Part shown: in pieces, positions 34,066 to 43,012 of the stretch | Numbering within the stretch: position 1 is the first letter of the stretch | How the letters are laid out: every line of letters starts with the position of its first letter | NCBI GenBank assembly: GCA_000934665.2 | Contig: JYFJ02003363.1 | Location: forward strand, 1-43,012 | Reading direction: 5' to 3' | DNA from: Catajapyx aquilonaris | Taxonomy: Eukaryota | DNA length: 43,012 bases | Notes under the pieces: model-generated | Told to the model about the DNA's origin: nothing | What the model saw: only the letters and a program-made list of their open reading frames with translations | Databases searched by the model: none | Translations under genes and position numbers: made by a program

Positions 34066-37000
34066 ATCGTACTGAAAGCAATTTTGGCCTTCACTCGCTC
34101 ATATCTCCTCAAAAGTTGGACACCAATAAAACCGGGTTTCTTGGCAGCAGTGCTCCGAGAGGGTCTGGGAATAGATCAAAAAGACACATTTTGGAAGGTG
34201 TGGCCGGGCTGGTCCAAGACTGATTGAGAGCCGGGCAAAGACTGGTTCCATCGCAGCCATCTGTGTGGCCAGCTAGTTCCCAACGGCGACCTATAAATTC
34301 CTAGGCCTTAGTCTGGAAATCTAGCTTGAAACCTCCAAGGATAAGACCTCCCCCTTTTCCTTTTCCTATCGACTCACTTCCCCGACCCGCCCAACAAAAT
34401 TCACCATGATTTTATAACGGCTGAGTTAACCTCGGCGCCACTTGGAATGTAGGTAACCAGAAGGTTCCAGCAAAACCCAGACCCTCCCCACGGGGACTGT
34501 GGCCTCGTGTACAGGAATTAGTGCTCAGGGATTGCTAATTACTCGCTAATATATCAAGTAATGATTATTCCAATTAGCTAATATGGTTGCCGATAACAGG
34601 GCAATGCGGTCATTAATTCTTGGAGCTGTTAATTGAGCAAAATGTTATGCAAATTGGGAGCTAAGGCTGAAAATTGCACCTTTCATCTTATTTTAGTTCA
34701 TCGCACCAGCACTTGCGTCACTTATATTTGCATCCCGTTCACAGCCTGTATGTACTTGTAAAAGTAATTTTGGGATTATTCAAGTACGCAGCATACACTT
34801 TAGCCTTTCAAGAGGCTTCCTGTAACGTGTCGCTTTTAGCTGAGACAAGTGTTGGGAATTAATTCCTGCTTGCTCAGAATGTAATCTGTTGGTCAGCGCT
34901 ACCCTGTTGGGGCATTAATTTACAATTAATATTATGGCCCGTCTAGACGTCGCTGTAATGTAAATTAAGTGCACCCAAAATTATTATGACTCGACATGTT
35001 TTGCGCAAAGTTCGTTATACTGTCTAAGGGCTGAAGCGTTTCAATCTAATTAATGGCAGTATGCAGATCTAGAAGGCGGTTTTGTAGCACAAGTTGATTT
35101 CAATTATCACGACTCGGATGGCTCCCTGTGCTTCGACATGCACCGTTTACCTCATCTCAAGATCTCCCTCTTAACAACCCCTTGCTCTCATTAATATTGT
35201 AATCGAGCTCACTTACGTCCCTAATAGGTCCTCTGCAACATTAATTCACTCTTCGAGGTAGGTTGAAATTTTGCCACGGGTAAAGATGGTCACGGGGTCA
35301 AACAACAAAACCATACGAAACTTTTGGACCGAAATTAATTCCAGCGATAATGTAAAGCCCTACACAACTTGCAGGAGTTGTAAACGACGCAATTGGATAA
35401 AACTTGCAGATGCTTCATATTTCATTCCTCCCCTTCTCTTCTTCTTCTCAGCGTGTTCCTTTTTAATTAGAGTCATCCATTGATGCCAAAACTCCGGCAG
35501 CCTATTCCTCCTCCGACGGGAGCCTGCACCAATTCGCCAATTTCATATTCCACGCCTCCAAGCTTTGCCAATATAAGAAGCACAGGCGCGACTTCATTTC
35601 CGCTTAGAAAGTGCTCTGTCATCTGGCACTAGTCGCAAGTATATCGCTGGCGCAACCTTCCTTTTTGCTCTCCGGAAATTGCTAGTGGCTGTTTCTGTCG
35701 CAACACCCCCTCTTCTCCAACCGAGAAAAAAAGACGAAAAAATAAAAAAAATTGCGAACTCTCTATTTTTTAAATGCAACGACTCGATTTCAACCGAGTA
35801 AGGCCTCTTTTTCCCCCCCTGCAAAAAAATCAAATTCGAAGCAGATTGGAAGCCATTTTGCTCAAATAGGAAGTGAATTGAAGGGTGCCCTTGTAACTAA
35901 TGTTGGCGCAAGTGATGTGGAAATTACGGGTGGACGGGCCATTTCTCCTAGCTCTTGATGCGGTCGTTATGCTTCCCCCACCGGAAGTTTTTATCGCGCC
36001 CAGCTAATTCACAAACTGACACCGGGGTGAAGCGTCCAAAATATAACGGTGTCCTGCATGGCAAATTCATCGACAACGACGTTCTGTCAACATGTCGAGA
36101 GGTGCACTGACACCACCAAAAATTTCCACGAATTTCGAGACGTAAACATCCCTCAATTCCTCTCCGAAAAAAAATTTACATAGCAGCGTCATTAATCATG
36201 CAAAGCGTTAATTACGCTCATCAGACAGGTTATTCGAGCGAAATTTCACGCATTTTAATATTACCCAATGAGGAGTAATTTATAACAAGGGCACACTAAC
36301 ATTCTGTGCGTGTACATCATACTCAATGTGATGCAGAAAATTCAACTTATTGAGAAACGTGACGAAATAAATTTCATTAACCTGATGATAAGTTGAACAA
36401 TTCGTATGAAAAATTCAACCACACAGTAATCTCCACCACCTGTGATTTATATACATTTATGGCTTTACTTTAATTGTCAGCCCAATGCTATCGTGTGACG
36501 AATCATTGCCCTCCGTTTAAACGTACAGCTTTAATGTTATTCCCCAGCACTTCATACATATAACGGTAAGTACTTTAGATGATTGCGCAGATTTGGCGCT
36601 CCCATTGTCAGCGTAATCCGCAAGCGTATTTTTGATGGCTTTCATCTGGTTGACATGATCTCCAATCATTTTAAATAAAATGACGCTCGCCGAGAGCGCG
36701 AGCGGATAATAATATTGCGCAAACATTGTTTTTGTGTCAATATATCGGCAAAATGCGGTCCTGATAGCGGTCCAAAAGGGAGAGCCTCCCGTTGTAATTG
36801 GCGTCGTTCAAACGCGGAGGCCGCATTCCGGAAGATCCGGTACGCAACGCCTCCCCCCAAAAAAGTACAATAAAGAAAGGAGGCGGCCGCTTTAAAAAAA
36901 AACATGGACCACCCCCTTTCAAAGGCTGCTGCAAGAGGCAGCCACTCTTCTCCCCTTTCAACTTTTCGTGTGTGGTGAAGCCGGCTGGAAAAAAGCTGTT

Positions 37001-37508
37001 CGCTTTCTGCCAGTTACACTTCTTGTAGGTCGTTGCCAAAGAAAAATGCCATGGCCTCTAGGGTAAAGGGCTGCTGGATCGTTCCGCCGATTCAGCTCTC
37101 CTTGGCCGACGACAGCTAATCCTACGGATTTAGTTAACCGGAAGTTGTATGCACCGCTCTTCAAAGGTAATGACTCATGCTCTTTGAGCTACATGACATG
37201 GGTTCACGTCTGATGAGGTTTCCAGTTTCGTATCGCGAGCCACAAAACGCCTGCAGGCAAGGCTTCCCGTCGTACAAGAGAGGCACGTGGGTTGCATTGA
37301 ATTGTCAGGATGAAGGAGATTGTCACGCCCAAAAAATGTGACGTCGATGTAAAAGTGAAATTAACAAAAAAATATGGCACAACTAAAACGACCCAGAGCG
37401 ACTCTCAGCCCACGCTTTTTCAAAGTCCTGTCACATTACGATCGTTGGTGATAACACAACAAAACAACCACGGGCGTTATCTGGTGCACAGATAGTTGGG
37501 ATTCAAAG

Positions 37509-37680
37509 CCGGTGACAAATGACGTGAAAATTGTTGTATGTCAGGAGCACAAAAATGTAAATAATATATGGAGATAAAAGGCCCTGGCCAAATCCAACTT
37601 TGCTATTAATGGACATTATGGAGTGGGGGGTTAAATTTACCTACATTATCGCATTTACCCAAATATGAGCAATTTTTCAC
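37509..37680 (+). mobile_element. Decayed Gypsy (Mag-like) integrase relic (end of zinc finger to first catalytic Asp)
   Basis: PVTNDVKIVVCQEHK (37509-37553), frameshift, KRPW...LMDIMEWGVKFTYIIA (37576-37653), versus WPG...DI....C..CQ.H....RPW..V..DLFEW.GK.YL.VVD.YS.F. Confidence 0.5.
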
Positions 37681-37779
37681 GTCACGTCTAATGCACTGAT
37701 TGAATCTCCATTACTGGCACTGCTGTTCAACACATCCAGTGAGCGCCATGTCCTGTTCAATTATAGTCCCCATTGCTTT

Positions 37780-37829
37780 CCTTCCCACTGCAGATGCTCT
37801 TCCCTCAAGTAATCAATCCCCAACATACC
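37780..37829 (-). mobile_element. Possible retroelement aspartic protease C-terminal motif relic
   Basis: GMLGIDYLREEH (from 37829) resembles ILG.DFL. Single short motif in a CpG-poor patch. Confidence 0.2.
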
Positions 37830-40180
37830 AATTTTTTAAAATAGAGAAAAATCGACCATTGTGTCAGTGAACAATTGCATTTCGGAGAATTGCTGTCTCC
37901 TGGGTCCCACCCTCGTTCAATGACACCAGTTCCCTCACCCTTGTCCTCAATATTGCAATGCAGTGAATCCCTAGTTGAAAAGATCTCTGAAAAGCCTTTT
38001 TTGGTCTAATTAGCTACTGCTTTGTCTCATGACATGCGTTTATTAGGAAATGCCAGGGTGCGGGTTTTTTTTTTTTGGCCAGGACCAACTTTTTATTCAG
38101 TGTCAGTGTCTTAAGCAAGTGTTAATGGATCTGGCGTTCTTTGCGAAACAACGAGGCGACATTTAATCACTTCAACCTTCCGGCGCTGCGAAGACAAGTA
38201 ATATGGCACACCGGAATGAAAGTTGGAAATTTTTAATTGGCATATTACTTTTTTGGAAAGGTTCATAGCCCCTTTTCCTACAAAAAAACACGACCATTTC
38301 ATGAACATTACTATCAAAACACACCGATTTTCATGCCAAATATGTACTTTCTATTTTCTATGCTGAACCATTCCATTTTTAAAACAACACTGCATAATTT
38401 AAAACAAATATTGTTGCACTATCAAACGAAAAAGACCCGGTACCAAAATCCATGCTTCCCAATGCTGAATTGAACATTAGATAAGCCGTCGACAGGAACT
38501 GCTATTCGCGTTTTTTGTCTCATAAAATATTTATACTGACGTCACAAAAGCTCGCGCGTTTAAACCGGATTTATAACGCCGTGAACGATCGATCGGGCGC
38601 AGTTATCGCAGCGAAAGATAAAGAAAGAGCAAAAAAAAATATCCTTTAAAAGTTTCTGAACCAATTTCCGGCCCACACCCTTACTCTTCAATCGTGCTGG
38701 TGTTTAGATATCGATTTTATAATTTGCGAGTCTATTTCAGGTTGATTCGACAGACCGGAATCACTATCAAGAATGTTGAGTTTCCTCACTTGCAGCAGGT
38801 TTTTTCTTCTCCAAATGGAAACATACGCACTCTATTTTAAGAGCTGTCACAACCCTGCTGTGCTTCATGTGTGACAATGCGGAACATTATCACTGTGGTG
38901 GTGTGTTTTTCGATTAACACCAGTACGTGCCGTATGTGACGTTTTTTTCCACAATTCCCTTAGGCTATTCACGCCAGGAGCTTCTGAGTTGAGCATCTGT
39001 CAGGGCGACAAGCATTGCATGCCTGGCAACTACACATTTGGAGGAGAAAAAAATCTGGAATATCCTCTCGAAAAGCGCGGTGTCAGTACAAACAAATCCA
39101 CCGAACCGACAGTTTTTCTAACTCAGCTTGCTCGGAATATTTTTGGCGAAAACGGCGATTTGTTCTTGATGTTTCGGAGGGATGGTCAAATATTTCAGGT
39201 GTGTTCTTGCCCCCTTTTGTTTCAGCCACATCGATTTTTTTTCCTGTACAACAATAAAGCTCTCACCGGCTGGCTTTTATGCCTGTATACAAACAGAAAC
39301 ACTGCTGATCCGTTCCGGAATCACGATTCTGATCCGGGCTTTTAAACGTAAGAGTATAAACATGGTAGGGTTGTGGGGGAGGACGGAAAGCGGAAGCGGA
39401 GCGGTTAAAGAAGAATTGCAAATGAATATAGCTGCATAATATATAACGCAGGTCATTCCACTCCTGGCACTTCATACGATATGCAGTATTTTGTTGTTGT
39501 TACCATGCATTGTGCGAAAATGTCCCACACAAAAAGGGTCTGTCTCGCCGGAATTTCGCGAGTGCTTCTCTTCAGATTTTTAAACCTCCAAATCGCCGTG
39601 CCAGATTGCTAAAAATAGCCAGCTAAAACAGCAAAAACAGTTTCGCGTCCGGTGGCAAATGGCTGGTGCATTATGGCGCGTACGTATCCCCAGCATGCGA
39701 ACTAGGACGCAAGGCATGCACTAATGGAGTGCAAACAAATGGCGGCAACTAAGCCCAACCCCCGGCGATCACTCTCCAGCTGCAACACTCACAAATCGGT
39801 TGCTAACTACCTTCAATTCACTTTACCCTCCCGACACAAATCCCTGCTAATGTCTCTCGCGCAATTCGCTATTCAAACTGCCCCTCCCTTTCCAAAGATG
39901 GGCTCTTTAAACGCAATCCACGCACACAAGAAAATAACAAAGGTAGAAACACGGGGAAAATTAAGTCTTGCAAATTTTGCAAGCGTCCCTAATGGACCTG
40001 ACGCAATCACTGCGACAAATTGTCTGCAGTCAGAGATGGTGTCCCCCCAACAACCAGTAATGTCTTTTCTGAGCCAAAAGCATAATAAGCTCCGGCCACA
40101 ATGCGTGCGAGCTTACGATGCAGGCCAGAGTTCTGACGTCGTAAAAGCAAACCGCTTGGAAATGGTTTTGCACGCTCCCA

Positions 40181-40207
40181 GACGACGACGACGACGACCG
40201 ACGACGA
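40181..40207. repeat. (GAC)n microsatellite
   Basis: GACGACGACGACGACGACCGACGACGA; a shorter (GAC)4 lies at 26524-26535. Confidence 0.85.
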
Positions 40208-41521
40208 TCCAAGGAAAACAAGCCCCCGTCTCGCTTCCTAGGTAAAGTAAAAGGAGAGGATCCACCCTCCGGTTACGACCCAAAAGACTAGGTTTTACTT
40301 CTTTCGGCCACTGCCATAAATGCCAAGTCCAGGTATACCTCCCTGGAGATACTGCGTTGGGGATTCGGCAGTAATTGTTTTTGCATGTCCTACCGCCCCT
40401 GATTTTGACCAGGATAAATAAAGAACCAGGCTGCGGTGCTTTAAATTAATATACAAGCGTTAACATCAAAAGGTGGCGGCAACTGCGCAAAATCTGGCCG
40501 CAATACACTTGGGCAGTACTTTAATTTGGCCCCCTCCCCAATTTACTCTGGGGAGTTCCCGCTCTAGTTACTTCCAGATCTAGGAAAAGCCGCAGAATTT
40601 TCGGAGAAGGTTCTTCTGGAAATAAATCTCGGAGCTCTTTTAACCGTGGAGTCAGGTGCGTCCTCTTTCATCTCTGGCTAGCGGATAAAAAGGCGCAAGG
40701 AAGAAGAGGGGGAAAAAATGCATGTTCCATTGGCGATCACGTCTGGTCGAGGAACCAGAGGATTCCTTGACTTGACGAAAGGGAGATAAATCCCTTTTCC
40801 TTCTTCAACCTTCTTCACCTCCCAAAATGCTGGTCCAGATAAGGTTTGACAAACCGCGGTTCTTCTTCCTCCCAAGAACTTATTACCAGATCAAGCATCC
40901 ATCCACACCATTCTCAGTCAAGATGCGAAATGGCCCACCCGTGTTAGAAGTACTGACTAGATTTTAACGGATGCCTCCCAAGCGAATTACCCGCATTAAT
41001 CCGGGACTAAAATTTTCCCTTCTAAAAGATAGAAGTCTTTTTTTCTGGGAACCGGGCACGTGCTGTATCTATCTCTGAATCCAGTTCACGTACTAATAGT
41101 GCCTCCCGAAAATGATGGTTCTCGACAGGACTTTGCTCTAAACTGCGAAATCGATAATATTCTACCTACTCCTCCGGTAATTTCGCCATCAATATATCGC
41201 AAGCCCCGGGGCAAAAATGTTAACGGAAACCTCTGTTTATTTCATGACCGTATTTCAACAACCCGACTTGTTTGCGTTTGCAAATCACAGCGAATAATAA
41301 ACAGTAAAAAAAACTACCGAACGGTTCTGGTATAAATCTACGCTTTAAATGGATCCGGTGCAGTAGTTAATATGGTCATTGGAGTATGTGCCTACACACT
41401 TCGTGTGCAGATGTGCATAGAATATTCCCGTGCTGCATGTCAGAAACACTTTCCATCCGCTCGTTTTTTAACAAATTTTACAGCAGTAATACTGAAACAC
41501 TGACGTGAACCAGCTTCAATT

Positions 41522-41580
41522 ACTATTACAACACCCTGCAGACCAATGCGGATATATTTTGGGGTTCGGATCTGCTGGGA
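41522..41580 (+). mobile_element. Possible decayed Gypsy reverse transcriptase relic
   Basis: TITTPCRPMRIYFGVR, then +1 shift SAG, versus TTF.TP.G.Y...RLPFG..SA. Confidence 0.3.
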
Positions 41581-41734
41581 TAAGTAATTCTTAGGTGAGA
41601 ACAGATTAATCCGTGGCAGTGTAGGTTTACTCTCAATCTTTCATGAAAATCCTCAAAGAACTGCAATCCATGTAAGGGCTGTCCACAACAGTGATAATTA
41701 AACACGAGCCAGGACTATTCAATCTCCGCAGTGA

Positions 41735-41835
41735 ACTGATTTGGTTTCTGAAAAGTTTCCACATTAGATTGTGAGGTACATGTGGGAACATGTAAGTTTC
41801 AAGTTCTGAATTGCTTGAATGGATAGTACAAAAAG
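41735..41835 (-). mobile_element. Decayed P-element/THAP9-like DNA transposase relic
   Basis: FCTIHSSNSELETYMFPHVPHNLMWKLFRNQI versus the P-superfamily motif F.HP.....IY.F.DVPHLLKL.RNH. The catalytic Asp position reads His (CAT, one substitution from GAT). Confidence 0.45.
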
Positions 41836-43012
41836 TGTTGTTTAGCAACACTGCAGAACTTGATTTGTAAACCGACGCAACCAAATAAAGAGCGATCAAC
41901 TCCTCCACTTTTATGTAATTATCTCTGCGTCACGTTCCAGCTGAGCAGCCTCCTGTCACACCCCAAAGAGTACAGGAGTGGGTTTGCAATCCAGCTTTCT
42001 GCGCTATCCTTTTTTTTTTTTGCAAACAAAACCAGTCTTTCCATTGATTATTTTTTTTTACTATCTTTCTCTCCCGCAGCTCTTTGCATGGAAGCAGCTC
42101 AAGTCTGCGTTGAGGCGAGTGGTGGAGAAGTGGGTTAGTGGAGGGTGAGGGGGTAGGTGCTGCAGCTCTTTGCTGTCTCCAGGGCTCAAGGAAAACTGCA
42201 TTAAATCACAGCGGCGCGACCCAGAGATCAAGCACCGCCCTAATCTTCATAATAGTCACTCGGAAGAAATTAAATTTGCCGCGGTTTTCCTCTACCCTAA
42301 CGCGATTAGGAAATTTCGCAGCATTCGACGTTTCAAAATTGGAGCGACTACCTTCCATTCAGAATACTTTGCTGAGAGGAAAAAAATCTAACGTGACGTG
42401 ACAATACTGTTTCGTCACGCAATTGCGAACACACTTGTTCGAACCTAGGTCCGCCCGGAATTGTTGATCTAATTCGGTCCGAAACACTAACACTGACAAT
42501 TAGGCTCGTTAGTCAGACGTGAAATGACTGCGTGGGTCCAACCTACTGGCTAAAAAAGAGGTAGGGTTGGGTTTAAAGTCGTAAATGTGTTGCACTTTGT
42601 TTGGCCAGGGGTTCTGAATCAGCGATGGATCAAACGATTGGAACTGCAATGGAAATCGATGCGAACAGAAGCCTGGCCATCAACTCGTGCTGCTGTTTTA
42701 GCATACAAGAATGGAACGTGCATACTGTAGGCCACCGAGGCGGGGGAAGAGGACTGTAAAAAAACGGAAGCTCCGGGCAAGAAAATCCATGCAAAGAGAC
42801 GTATCTGTCTCCTAGATCCCCAAAGAGAACGGAAAGCAAATCCTTCGAATTCAGTCCACCGACGTCGCCCCAGAAACTTAGAGACAAAGTGCATATGGAG
42901 TGAACTTTACAAGAAAAAAAAAAGTGTATAAGCGTCGAGATTCAGTGCAGAAGCGACTTTTTCCCCCTCTTTCCTGTCGGGATTTACAGTGCGCGATGAC
43001 ACATTTATCGGG

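Noticed and set aside
39724..40245. 173-aa ORF (+)
   Set aside because: No recognisable domain; the poly-Arg end is just the (GAC)n microsatellite.
40223..40247. Recursive-splicing ratchet-like site (pyrimidine tract, TAG|GTAAAG); similar at 2966-2986
   Set aside because: Donors deviate from GTAAGT/GTGAGT and there is no evidence the window is intronic on the + strand; expected by chance.
1..43012. tRNA, rRNA, tRNA-derived SINEs, CRISPR arrays, conserved miRNAs (miR-10, iab-4, let-7, miR-317 and others), nematode piRNA upstream motif
   Set aside because: No correctly spaced A/B boxes, no repeat-spacer arrays, only seed-length miRNA matches without proper hairpins, and CTGTTTCA is not enriched.

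Overview
Eukaryotic (animal-like, possibly arthropod) non-coding DNA, either intergenic or a long intron. I find no intact protein-coding gene, rRNA, tRNA, CRISPR array or prokaryotic operon, and almost all listed ORFs look like chance frames. The main hidden structure is a scatter of about 20 short (roughly 50-450 bp), heavily frameshifted relics of Ty3/Gypsy LTR-retrotransposon gag/pol, several resembling Mag/K02A2.6-like elements, plus one P-element/THAP9-like transposase relic. They lie on both strands, roughly one every 1-4 kb, mostly in AT-rich, CpG-poor patches. Between them are CpG-richer blocks with homeodomain and Rel-type motif clusters, a G-quadruplex/TATA/short-intron candidate transcription unit, a MITE-like element, a palindrome and microsatellites. 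All protein-family calls come from by-eye motif matching across frameshifts, not database searches, and are provisional. I cannot demonstrate a new biological system; the relic/regulatory mosaic is the best lead.
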